A stretch of 64,000 nucleotides of DNA. Source: Desulfurivibrionaceae bacterium. Its GTDB lineage: Bacteria > Desulfobacterota > Desulfobulbia > Desulfobulbales > SURF-16. Below, in pieces: positions 46,324-54,654 of the stretch. The notes below the pieces were generated by a model. The model saw nothing but the letters and a program-made list of their open reading frames with translations. It made no database searches and was not told the DNA's origin. The stretch is from NCBI GenBank assembly GCA_046537975.1, contig JBKHJR010000001.1:688-64687 (forward strand). The letters run 5' to 3'. Numbering within the stretch: position 1 is the stretch's first letter; each line of letters begins with the position of its first letter. The translations under genes were made by a program, and so were the position numbers.

Positions 46324-46872
46324 ATGAACCCGGGGTGGAAGACAGGATTAATCATTTTCGTGATAATCCTGTTGAATTCTCTGCAAACCAAGGGAGGTGA
46401 GGCTATGGAACTCAGTTCTTCTGCGTTCAAGGATAAGGAAACCATTCCGGTAAAATATACCATGCCGGGAGCGGGAGGGGAGAATGTCTCTATTCCCCTG
46501 CAGTGGTCGGACATCCCCGAAGGTACCAAATCATTTGCCCTTTCCATTGTGGACCCTCATCCGGTGGCCAACAATTGGGTACATTGGCTGGTAGTCAATA
46601 TTTCTCCGGACGTCCATTCTCTGCCGGAAGGGGCTTCAGGTCAGGGTATGCCTGCCGGTGTCATGGAGCTGCGGAACGGCTTCGGAAAACCCGGTTATGG
46701 CGGGCCTCAGCCCCCGCCGGGTACAGGTGAACATCCTTATGTGGTCACGGTCTACGCCCTTGATACAGCTGAACTTGATGTGGACCGGAATACCGACCTT
46801 TCCGGTTTCCAAAATGCCATAAAGGACAGGGTCCTTGATAAAGCGGAACTTACCGGAACTTATGAACAGTGA
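46324..46872 (+). CDS. YbhB/YbcL (PEBP / Raf-kinase-inhibitor-like) family protein with signal peptide
   Basis: FALSIVDPHPVANNWVHWLVVNI...GYGGPQPPPGTGEHPYVVTVYALD is the bacterial PEBP signature. The N-terminus is hydrophobic. The stop overlaps the mrpE-like start. Confidence 0.85.
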   Translation: MNPGWKTGLIIFVIILLNSLQTKGGEAMELSSSAFKDKETIPVKYTMPGAGGENVSIPLQWSDIPEGTKSFALSIVDPHPVANNWVHWLVVNISPDVHSLPEGASGQGMPAGVMELRNGFGKPGYGGPQPPPGTGEHPYVVTVYALDTAELDVDRNTDLSGFQNAIKDRVLDKAELTGTYEQ

Positions 46873-47366
46873 TGATCAGGGCGGGAGAGGTGATTGGGTC
46901 GGTACTGTCCTTTGCCCTGGTCTGGCTGGTTCTGGTAGGCGATGATCCCGGCAGCTGGATCCTGGGCGGGCCGGCTGTTTTGCTGGCCGTAATCGTCAGC
47001 CAGGCTCTGGGCAGGGGGAGATCCGGGTCTGTAAGTTTGCTCGGGGCCCTTTATTTTGTCCCTTATTTTCTGGTCCAGTCGACGGTTAGCGGCCTTGATG
47101 TCCTTCGCCGCACCTTTGCCCTGAAGCCGAATATAAATCCCGGTCTGATTTCCTATAAAACATCTCTCCCGGAGGAGGGGCCGCGGGTTTTTCTGGCCAA
47201 TACCATCAGCCTGATGCCGGGGACCCTGAGCGTTGATCTGCGGGGAGAGTTAATTGATGTTCATACCCTGGATGTGGATAAGCCGGTCCATTCGGGTATT
47301 CGTAAACTGGAGGTCAGAATTGCCCACCTCTTTTCGCTTGATTCTGCCGGGAGGAAAAAGGGGTGA
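46869..47366 (+). CDS. Mrp/Mnh antiporter subunit E-like
   Basis: LANTISLMPGTLSVDLRGELIDVHTLD is the MnhE signature; 165 aa. Confidence 0.8.
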   Translation: MMIRAGEVIGSVLSFALVWLVLVGDDPGSWILGGPAVLLAVIVSQALGRGRSGSVSLLGALYFVPYFLVQSTVSGLDVLRRTFALKPNINPGLISYKTSLPEEGPRVFLANTISLMPGTLSVDLRGELIDVHTLDVDKPVHSGIRKLEVRIAHLFSLDSAGRKKG

Positions 47367-47644
47367 TCTATATCCTGATGGCCCTGTTTCTGCTTATTAC
47401 TGTGGCAGCTGGTATGGTCCGGGTTATGATCGGTCCGACCATCGCCGACCGCATGCTGTCCGCCCAGCTTCTGGGTACCGGCGGCCTGGCCGTTTTGCTG
47501 ATGCTGGCCAAAGGCCTTGAGTCGGCAGTGCTGATCGATATAGCCCTTGTTTTCTCTTTGCTGGCCCTCCTGGCCACAATGACCTTTGTCCGGCGGACCT
47601 GGTACGGTGGAGGGGAGGAGGCCCGGGATGGAGATTCTTCATGA
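47363..47644 (+). CDS. Mrp/Mnh antiporter subunit F-like
   Basis: 93 aa with three TM helices. GPTIADRMLSAQLLGTG matches the MnhF motif. The start overlaps the E stop. Confidence 0.8.
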   Translation: MIYILMALFLLITVAAGMVRVMIGPTIADRMLSAQLLGTGGLAVLLMLAKGLESAVLIDIALVFSLLALLATMTFVRRTWYGGGEEARDGDSS

Positions 47645-47930
47645 TATCGGGTTTGTTTTTCTGCTTGCCGGAATACCTTTTTTTCTGTCCGGCACCGTGG
47701 GGCTGCTTCGTTTCCCGGATATCTATACCCGTCTGCATGCCCTGACCAAGGCCGACAATGTCGGATTGGGAATGATCATTATGGGTCTGGCTTTACAGGC
47801 CTCAAACTGGTATAATGTCGCCAAATTGCTGCTTATCTGGCTTCTGGTTCTGGTTGCCAGTTCCGCTTCCTGCCATATAGTGGCCCGCCGTGCCCTCCAG
47901 AAAGGGGTTGTTCCATGGAGCCGCAAATAG
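47628..47930 (+). CDS. Mrp/Mnh antiporter subunit G-like
   Basis: GLLRFPDIYTRLHALTKADNVG is the MnhG signature. I prefer the Met at 47628 (MEILHD). Confidence 0.8.
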   Translation: MEILHDIGFVFLLAGIPFFLSGTVGLLRFPDIYTRLHALTKADNVGLGMIIMGLALQASNWYNVAKLLLIWLLVLVASSASCHIVARRALQKGVVPWSRK

Positions 47931-48220
47931 AATATGTTCTTGTCTGCTTTGATTTGTTGTTAGTGGCTGTCCTGCTGTGGCTTGCCTGGCAGCTGCTGTG
48001 TTCCGACGGCATCTTCAAGGCGGTTATCCTCTTCATCTCTTTCGGGCTTTTGATGTCTCTGGCCTGGGCACGCCTCCAGGGCCCGGATGTTGCCATGGCT
48101 GAGATGGCGATCGGCGCCGGTCTGACCGGTCCCCTTTTTCTGGCTGCTCTGAGAAGGATCGAGAGGCCGTACAAGCAGGAGAGGCGGGTCGATATGGATG
48201 AGGAGAGAGAGGATGGCTGA
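47915..48220 (+). CDS. DUF4040 / MbhD-like small membrane subunit (equivalent to part of the MrpA C-terminal region)
   Basis: 101 aa with three TM helices. FKAVILFISFGLLMSLAWARLQGPDVAMAEMAIGAGLTGPLFLAAL follows the DUF4040 pattern. Confidence 0.65.
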   Translation: MEPQIEYVLVCFDLLLVAVLLWLAWQLLCSDGIFKAVILFISFGLLMSLAWARLQGPDVAMAEMAIGAGLTGPLFLAALRRIERPYKQERRVDMDEEREDG

Positions 48221-48947
48221 CAGTACCGCTGAAAAGCCCAGAGAGAGAAGACTTGATCCCCTGTTGTGGGTGGTCTTTTTGCTGAGTCTCTGTCTGGCCC
48301 TGATGCTGGCCGGGATTATTCTTGATATGCCCAGGTCGTCACCGGGCCTTACCGGGGAAGTGACCGAGATGATGGGCCGGAGCGGGGTCAAAAGTCAGGT
48401 TACTGCAGTGCTTCTTAATTTCAGAAGCTATGATACCCTGCTGGAGGTAATGGTCCTTTTTCTGGCGGTTGTCGGGGTCTGGTCCCTGACCAAGGCGCCG
48501 TTCCCTCCGGAAGTGCCGGATTACAGCCCCGTGCAGAGGGGGGCGGTGCGTTTTCTTGCTCCCCTTATGTGTCTCATCGGCGTTTTTTTGGTCTGGCAGG
48601 GCAGCCATTTGGCAGGCGGCGCTTTCCAGGGCGGGGCGGTGTTTGCTGCCGCCGGCGTCCTGCTCCTGGTTTCGGATTTGCCTTGGCTGCGTAACCTTCC
48701 TTCTCTTCCCTTGCGGTTTGGACTTACCCTGGGACCGTTGGTTTTTACGGGGACTGCTCTGTGGTGCCTGGCGGTAGAGGGAAGGCTGCTGGAATATCCC
48801 GAGGATTTGACCAAAAGCCTTTTGCTGTTGGTTGAATTCGCCTGTGCTGTTTCCATCGGCCTCGCTCTTGCCGGTCTTTTTGCCGGGGGGCGGCCGGCGG
48901 ACGATCTCCGGGAAGAACTATTTTCGCCTGATGTGGAAGAGCAGTGA
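48213..48947 (+). CDS. MnhB/MrpB (MbhE/F-like) membrane subunit
   Basis: VTAVLLNFRSYDTLLEVMVLFLAVVGV and GGAFQGGAVFAA are MnhB-domain motifs. The start is either 48198 or 48213; 48213 gives an ATGGCTGA overlap with the upstream stop. Confidence 0.7.
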   Translation: MADSTAEKPRERRLDPLLWVVFLLSLCLALMLAGIILDMPRSSPGLTGEVTEMMGRSGVKSQVTAVLLNFRSYDTLLEVMVLFLAVVGVWSLTKAPFPPEVPDYSPVQRGAVRFLAPLMCLIGVFLVWQGSHLAGGAFQGGAVFAAAGVLLLVSDLPWLRNLPSLPLRFGLTLGPLVFTGTALWCLAVEGRLLEYPEDLTKSLLLLVEFACAVSIGLALAGLFAGGRPADDLREELFSPDVEEQ

Positions 48948-49282
48948 TGACTACCGATATCCTATACAGTTTTACCGGTCTGGCTCTTTTCTTTTTCGGA
49001 TTTTTTGCCCTGATTGCCTATTTTCACCCCCTTAGAAAGATCCTGGCGATAAACGTGATGGCCACCGGTGTTTTCCTCTGTCTGATGGCTATCTCCCATA
49101 GCCCTGGCAAGGGACATGTGGATCCCGTTCCCCAGGCTATGATCCTGACCGGTATCGTGGTTTCGGTAAGCACCACTGCCCTGGCCCTGATCCTGGCCTG
49201 CCGGATTCAGGAGACCTCGGCCTCTTCCCGGCTCCTCAGCCGACAGCCGGAAAAATCTGAAGAGAGAGCAGGCAGGCAATGA
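48944..49282 (+). CDS. Mrp subunit C / NuoK-like
   Basis: 112 aa with three TM helices. The INVMATGVFL...VDPVPQAMILTGIVVSVSTTALAL pattern matches MnhC/NuoK. Confidence 0.75.
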   Translation: MMTTDILYSFTGLALFFFGFFALIAYFHPLRKILAINVMATGVFLCLMAISHSPGKGHVDPVPQAMILTGIVVSVSTTALALILACRIQETSASSRLLSRQPEKSEERAGRQ

Positions 49283-50790
49283 TCTTTGCCGATCCATCCT
49301 GGATAGTCTTGCCGGTTATGGGTCCCCTGCTGGCAGGGATCCTCTGTTTCCTGGTCCGCCGGGGGGCAGTGCTGATCTCCCTGGCTGCTCTTGTTCTGAA
49401 CAGCCTGGCAGTAATTGTCCTGTTCAGGCGGTTTATCCTCTACGGTCCGGTATCTTACAGTATTGGCGGCTGGTCCGCTCCCCTGGGTATTTCCCTGAGG
49501 GCCGACGGTCCGTCCCTGCTCATGCTGGCCATGACTGCCGCTACCGGTCTGGGAATTACCTTTTATGCCCGGGGCTATTTCGCCTTCCGGGTCGATGCTC
49601 ACTACCGGATTGACCGACATGAGCGGCAGGAACGGTTTTTCTGGCCCCTTTGGATGATACTGCTGAGCGGGCTCAACGCCCTGTTTCTCTCCAACGATAT
49701 CTTCAACCTTTACGTTACCCTGGAGCTGATCGGGGTTTCCGCCGCAGCCCTGACCGCACTTTCCGGCAAGCCGGCCTCCCAGATCGCTTCCCTTCGTTAT
49801 CTCCTGGTCAGTCTGCTGGGCTCTCTCTCATATCTCCTGGGGGTGGTGTTTATTTATAAAACCTATGCAGTTCTTGATCTTGGTCTCCTGACTGAAATGG
49901 CTTCAGACGAGCCCGGGGTCCGGGCGGCTCTGGCCCTGATGAGTGTAGGGCTTCTTCTGAAGACGGCTCTTTTCCCCTTCCATTTCTGGCTGCCGCCGGC
50001 TCATGCCAACGCCTTGGCCCCGGTAAGTGCCATTCTCTCCGGTCTGGTGGTTAAGGGCACTTTTTTTATGATGTTCAGACTGTGGTTTGATGTTTTTGCC
50101 CCGGTTATGCCGGTTTCAGCCTATAATCTGATCGGTGCCCTGGGGGCGGCGGCCATCCTCTGGGGGGCGGTCCAGGCCATGCGCCAGCAGCGCCTGAAGC
50201 TTCTGGTAGCCTATTCCACTGTTTCCCAGCTGGGCTATCTCTTTATTGCCTTTCCCCTGGCCTTTCAAAATGGCGGAGATCAGGCCTGGAGGGCGGTAAT
50301 CTTTATGGCTGTCGGCCACGCCTTTGCCAAGGCTGCCATGTTTATGGCCTCCGGTACCATCCTTCTTCATACCGGACATGACCGGGTCGCCGACCTGGCA
50401 GGGATCAGATCCTATCTGCCGGTTACGGTCTTCGCCTATGCCATAGCCGGGGTAAATCTTATGGGCCTGCCTCCTTCCGGAGGCTTTACCGCCAAGTGGA
50501 TGATGCTCACCGCTGCCCTGTCTTCTATGCAGTGGTGGTGGGCCCTGGTCCTTATGGCAGGCAGCCTCCTGGCTGCCGCCTACGTCTTTCGGGTAGTCTC
50601 CCAGCTTTTTATCATACCTCCGGATCAGACGGCAGGTCAGCGTCATGCCAGCGCCGGTCTTCTGGAGTGGCCTGCTCTGGCTCTGGCTGTCTGCTCCCTG
50701 TTTATGGGACTGATCGCGCCCTATCCTCTGTACATAATCAAGATGAATCAGGCGGCGGGCGTGGTTCTCTCCATGGGAGGGGCGCCATGA
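49279..50790 (+). CDS. antiporter-like subunit 1 (MrpD/NuoN family)
   Basis: 503 aa, polytopic. LFNLYVTLELIGVSAAAL, FPFHFWLPPAHANALAPVSAILSGLVVK and AYSTVSQLGY are proton-conducting transporter motifs. Confidence 0.85.
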   Translation: MIFADPSWIVLPVMGPLLAGILCFLVRRGAVLISLAALVLNSLAVIVLFRRFILYGPVSYSIGGWSAPLGISLRADGPSLLMLAMTAATGLGITFYARGYFAFRVDAHYRIDRHERQERFFWPLWMILLSGLNALFLSNDIFNLYVTLELIGVSAAALTALSGKPASQIASLRYLLVSLLGSLSYLLGVVFIYKTYAVLDLGLLTEMASDEPGVRAALALMSVGLLLKTALFPFHFWLPPAHANALAPVSAILSGLVVKGTFFMMFRLWFDVFAPVMPVSAYNLIGALGAAAILWGAVQAMRQQRLKLLVAYSTVSQLGYLFIAFPLAFQNGGDQAWRAVIFMAVGHAFAKAAMFMASGTILLHTGHDRVADLAGIRSYLPVTVFAYAIAGVNLMGLPPSGGFTAKWMMLTAALSSMQWWWALVLMAGSLLAAAYVFRVVSQLFIIPPDQTAGQRHASAGLLEWPALALAVCSLFMGLIAPYPLYIIKMNQAAGVVLSMGGAP

Positions 50791-52286
50791 GCTGGGAAAG
50801 CGGCTTGATTATCGCCATTCTGGTCAGTTCCTTCCTGCCGGGGGTAGTCATTTTCGCCATAGCCGAGGAAAGCACCCGGCTGCGAACCAGCTTGAACTTT
50901 ATGGGCGCCCTGTTCAAGGTGATTCTGATTGTGATAATGGATATTGCCATTTATCTCGGCCGGACTTTTGAATTGCGGCTCCCCCTTTTCAAGGGGGTGG
51001 AGATATTTTTAAACGCCGATCCCCTGTCCGCCCTGTTCGCCACTTTGTCCGGCGTCCTCTGGCTGCTGACCACCATCTATGCTGTAGGCTACCTGGAGAA
51101 CTCCCCGAACCGCAGCCACTTCTTCGGTTACTTCAGTCTCTGTGTGACTGTTACCATCGGCATTGCCATGGCCGGCAACCTGGTGACCTTCCTTCTTTTT
51201 TACGAGATGCTGACCCTGGCCACTTACCCCCTGATTATCCATCGCGGGACTGATGAAGCCCTGGAGGCTGGACGCAAGTACCTGATTTACGCCTTCGGAG
51301 GCGGGGCAGTGTTTCTCTTCGGAGTTATCTGGCTCCATACTCTGGTGGGTCTGGGGGACTTTACTCCGGCGGGATTCTCCCCTGTGTTTCTGGCCGGGCA
51401 TCAGATGGAATTGAAGCTGATTTTTCTGCTGCTTATAGCCGGGGTGGGAGTGAAAGCGGCAATAGTCCCTCTGCACGGCTGGCTGCCCCAGGCCATGGTG
51501 GCTCCGGCTCCGGTCAGCGCCTTGCTCCATGCCGTGGCTGTGGTCAAAGCGGGAGCCTTCGGCGTTGTCCGCATTGTTTTTGATGTTTACGGAGTAAGGA
51601 ACGCAATGCATCTGGGGGTACTGCCCTGGCTTACCTTTTTTTCTTCACTAACCATTATCTGGGGGTCCATCCGGGCCCTGCAGCAGGATGACCTGAAAAG
51701 GCGCCTGGCTTTTTCCACAGTGAGCCAGATCTCCTATATTGCCCTGGGTGTAAGCCTGGCTCCCCAGACTGCGGCTGCAACCGGCGGCATCGTTCATCTG
51801 GTCCATCAGGGCCTGATGAAGGTAACGCTTTTTTTCTGTGCCGGTAATCTGGCGGAAACTCTGGGTATTCACAAGATCAGTGAAATGGATGGGGTAGGCC
51901 GTCGCATGCCTCTGACCATGGCTGCCTTCACTGTCGGGGCCCTGGGGATGATAGGAATACCGCCTACCGCCGGTTTTGTCAGCAAATGGTACCTCGGCCT
52001 GGGCAGCCTTGAGGCCGAGAACTGGTGGATTATCGGTGTGCTGGTAGCCAGCAGCCTCCTTAATGCCGCATACTTTTTGCCCATCCTCTTCAGGGCCTGG
52101 TTCAGGGAGCAGGCTCTGCCCTGGCCCCAGGACAAGCAGTTCGGCGCCTATGAAACCCACTGGATGCTCCTGGTACCACCCCTGATCACTGCAGTAATCG
52201 TGATATTCTCCGGGTTATTGGCTAATGCACAGATCAGCCCCCTGGCCTGGGTAAGGTTTATTATGCTGGAGTACGGCCTGTCATGA
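50787..52286 (+). CDS. antiporter-like subunit 2 (MrpD/NuoM family)
   Basis: LVTFLLFYEMLTLATYPLI, VPLHGWLPQAMVAPAPVSALLHAVAVVKAG and AFSTVSQISY. The true start is Met MSWESG at 50787 (ATGA overlap); the longer track ORF from 50496 is an overlap artefact. Confidence 0.85.
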   Translation: MSWESGLIIAILVSSFLPGVVIFAIAEESTRLRTSLNFMGALFKVILIVIMDIAIYLGRTFELRLPLFKGVEIFLNADPLSALFATLSGVLWLLTTIYAVGYLENSPNRSHFFGYFSLCVTVTIGIAMAGNLVTFLLFYEMLTLATYPLIIHRGTDEALEAGRKYLIYAFGGGAVFLFGVIWLHTLVGLGDFTPAGFSPVFLAGHQMELKLIFLLLIAGVGVKAAIVPLHGWLPQAMVAPAPVSALLHAVAVVKAGAFGVVRIVFDVYGVRNAMHLGVLPWLTFFSSLTIIWGSIRALQQDDLKRRLAFSTVSQISYIALGVSLAPQTAAATGGIVHLVHQGLMKVTLFFCAGNLAETLGIHKISEMDGVGRRMPLTMAAFTVGALGMIGIPPTAGFVSKWYLGLGSLEAENWWIIGVLVASSLLNAAYFLPILFRAWFREQALPWPQDKQFGAYETHWMLLVPPLITAVIVIFSGLLANAQISPLAWVRFIMLEYGLS

Positions 52287-54082
52287 CCGAAACCGGTTTG
52301 CTGAGTATAATCTATCCTGTTATCTTATCTCTGGTGGCAGGGTTACCTCTTCTGGTAGCGGTGCGCTGCTGTCTGCCCGCGGTCCGTAAACTTAAAGCCG
52401 GATGGAACCTTCTGCCCTGGACTACGGTGCCTGCTCTGTTAGCTGGTCTGGTCATTCCAGATGATGTTGTGGTCCGGGTACCCTGGTTTTTTATGGGTGG
52501 TGTTATGGGGCTTGATGGTACCGGCCGCATTTTCCTCTTTATCACCGCAGTCATTTGGCTGCTGGCCGCACTTACAGTCAGGGAAGAATTTCGAAACCGG
52601 CAGGGAGAGCGTCGGTTCAGCGCCTATTTTCTGGTGGCCATGGCCGGTAACCTGGGGTTAATCGTGGCCCGGGATATGTTGGGTTTCTATCTGTTTTTTG
52701 CCATTATGAGTTTTGCCGCTTACGGCCTGATTAACCATTATCATACCCCTGAATCCCGCCGGGCCGGGAGGATCTATCTTATTCTGGTCATGGTCAGTGA
52801 GGTGGCCATGTTCACTGCCCTGGTCCTGATTTCGTTCCAGGCCCAGAGCCGATCTTTTTCGGATATCGCAGATATCTCCTTGTCCCTGCCCGCCCTGCTT
52901 CTTCTATTTATCGCTTTTGGAGTCAAGGTCGGGGCTCTGCCTTTCCAGGCCTGGATGCCTCCAGCCTACCAGCAGACCCCGATCCCCGGAGCCACAGCCC
53001 TGGCCGGGGCCATGGCCAACGCCGGAATCCTGGGCTGGTTGCGCTTTATCCCCCTGGGTTATATGGTATCCGGAAGCGGGGCCTTGCTTTTTATAACAGC
53101 GGGAGGCCTGGTTGCAATCTACGGGGTGATCTACGGATTAGGGCAGCGAAAGGCGGGAGCGGTGCTGGGATCATCCAGCATGAGTCAGATGGGCCTGATG
53201 ACCATTGTGGTAGGCCTGGGTCTCTTGTCACGGGAGGGAGGGGAGTATGCCGTTTACCTGCTCCCCCTTTATGCCGTGCATCATTCCCTGGCCAAAGGCA
53301 GCCTGTTTTTAGGCTATGGTGTAATTGAAAGAGGTGGAAGGCTCGCCCGGCCCCTGCTCCTGGCCGGCTTACTGCTGGCTTCCCTTTCCCTGGCAGGTCT
53401 CCCCCTGACCAGCGGCGCTGTGGTCAAGACCGGCCTCAAGGAACTGGCCCAGGTAAGCGGCGGCAGCTGGTACGCCCTGGGCCGGGTCTTTCTTCCTGTC
53501 TCTTCTCTGGGGACCACGGTCCTGATGCTGCACTTTTGCAGGCTGTTCTGGCGGAAAAGGCCGGCCGGGACAGGGCAAAAGGTGCTGATCCTGCCCTGGC
53601 TTGCCGCCCTGGCCGGATCGGTTTTTTGCCTCTGGATGTGGCCGGTTGCGCACAGGCTGGGCAGACATTCCCTGGATCCTTCTCTGATCCTGCATTCTTT
53701 CTGGCCGGTGGCCGCAGGTACCGGTTTGTTTCTGCTCTGGTTTATCCTGCCGGACGGGTTCAGAAAAAGGGCTGGAGATCTTTTTCCGGGGGCCTGTCCG
53801 GAAGAAGAATTGCTAACCGCCCGGTCATCCGCCCCAACTCCGGTACGCTGTGTCAAGGTAGTTGATCAATTATCCACTCCGGTCAAAAAATTTCTCGCCG
53901 GGGCTGAAAACTTCTATCAGAGTCTGGATACTTCCTGGTTCGGCAAATGGCTGGCCCTTTCTCCCTCCTCCCCTCTGGGAGCAAGACTGCGCAAGCCCGA
54001 AAAGGTGCTGGGCCGTTGGTCGGTGGTGGGTTTTTTCTATCTGGCAGTCTGTATTACTCTATTGTTCCTTTTCAAATTATAA
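52283..54082 (+). CDS. antiporter-like subunit 3 (MrpA/NuoL-like, with C-terminal extension ending in a lone TM helix)
   Basis: 599 aa. LPFQAWMPPAYQQTPIPGATALAGAMANAG and SSSMSQMGL motifs are present. The ~150-aa C-terminal extension ends in the hydrophobic helix WSVVGFFYLAVCITLLFLF, reminiscent of a NuoL lateral-helix anchor. Confidence 0.75.
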   Translation: MTETGLLSIIYPVILSLVAGLPLLVAVRCCLPAVRKLKAGWNLLPWTTVPALLAGLVIPDDVVVRVPWFFMGGVMGLDGTGRIFLFITAVIWLLAALTVREEFRNRQGERRFSAYFLVAMAGNLGLIVARDMLGFYLFFAIMSFAAYGLINHYHTPESRRAGRIYLILVMVSEVAMFTALVLISFQAQSRSFSDIADISLSLPALLLLFIAFGVKVGALPFQAWMPPAYQQTPIPGATALAGAMANAGILGWLRFIPLGYMVSGSGALLFITAGGLVAIYGVIYGLGQRKAGAVLGSSSMSQMGLMTIVVGLGLLSREGGEYAVYLLPLYAVHHSLAKGSLFLGYGVIERGGRLARPLLLAGLLLASLSLAGLPLTSGAVVKTGLKELAQVSGGSWYALGRVFLPVSSLGTTVLMLHFCRLFWRKRPAGTGQKVLILPWLAALAGSVFCLWMWPVAHRLGRHSLDPSLILHSFWPVAAGTGLFLLWFILPDGFRKRAGDLFPGACPEEELLTARSSAPTPVRCVKVVDQLSTPVKKFLAGAENFYQSLDTSWFGKWLALSPSSPLGARLRKPEKVLGRWSVVGFFYLAVCITLLFLFKL

Positions 54083-54274
54083 ATCACTTCTGTCGTATTC
54101 AGAATTACCTGACTTGTCGCAGGGACATGCCTTTCGGGGACGGCAGATCTTGCAGCGTTCGTCACTGCACCACTGGCAGGCGAAGCAGTCCGGACACCTT
54201 TGTTTTTTTTCTTTACCGGACTGTTCCGGGATGTAGATCTTGCCCAGACCATCCGGGGATTGTTCAAAAGGCAT
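54077..54274 (-). CDS. small cysteine-rich hypothetical protein (8 Cys in 28 residues)
   Basis: 65-aa ORF MPFEQSPDGLGKIYIPEQSGKEKKQRCPDCFACQWCSDERCKICRPRKACPCDKSG.... It is convergent with the Mrp-like cluster and overlaps its last 6 nt. The CxxCxxCxxCx4CxxC...CxC spacing suggests metal or Fe-S binding. Confidence 0.4.
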   Translation of the reverse strand: MPFEQSPDGLGKIYIPEQSGKEKKQRCPDCFACQWCSDERCKICRPRKACPCDKSGNSEYDRSDL

Positions 54275-54654
54275 ATATTGTTATGCTCCGCAGAGCAAGG
54301 CTTTGGTTAATCTGCTTTTCTGGTTCCTGTTTAGTGCAGTTTTTTCATTTAATCAGTGAACCTGACAAGAGTTGTACAAAAATTAATGACTATACTAATA
54401 GGTAGGCTAAATACAATATTTGTCAACAGGAAAAAAATTGTAACTGTGAATATAAATGAAATGATTTACTGTTTATTTTATTAACCTTTAGTTTTCAGGT
54501 ATTAGCGGTTAACATTAAAGGTTAAGCCGATTAGTTTAGTATCGGATACAAAAAGTATTACCTGCCTGCTGATATACTTGAAGTAAAGGCGGTATTCTGC
54601 AAGTTGTTGATACAATATCATTAATCCTCAAAACTTTATTCCATTTTTTTATAC

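Noticed and set aside
50496-50786. N-terminal 97-aa extension of the second antiporter-like subunit in the ORF track
   Set aside because: The extension lies entirely within the preceding gene in another frame and reads as Arg/Gly/Ser-rich nonsense. Met at 50787 gives an ATGA overlap and a hydrophobic N-terminus typical of the family.
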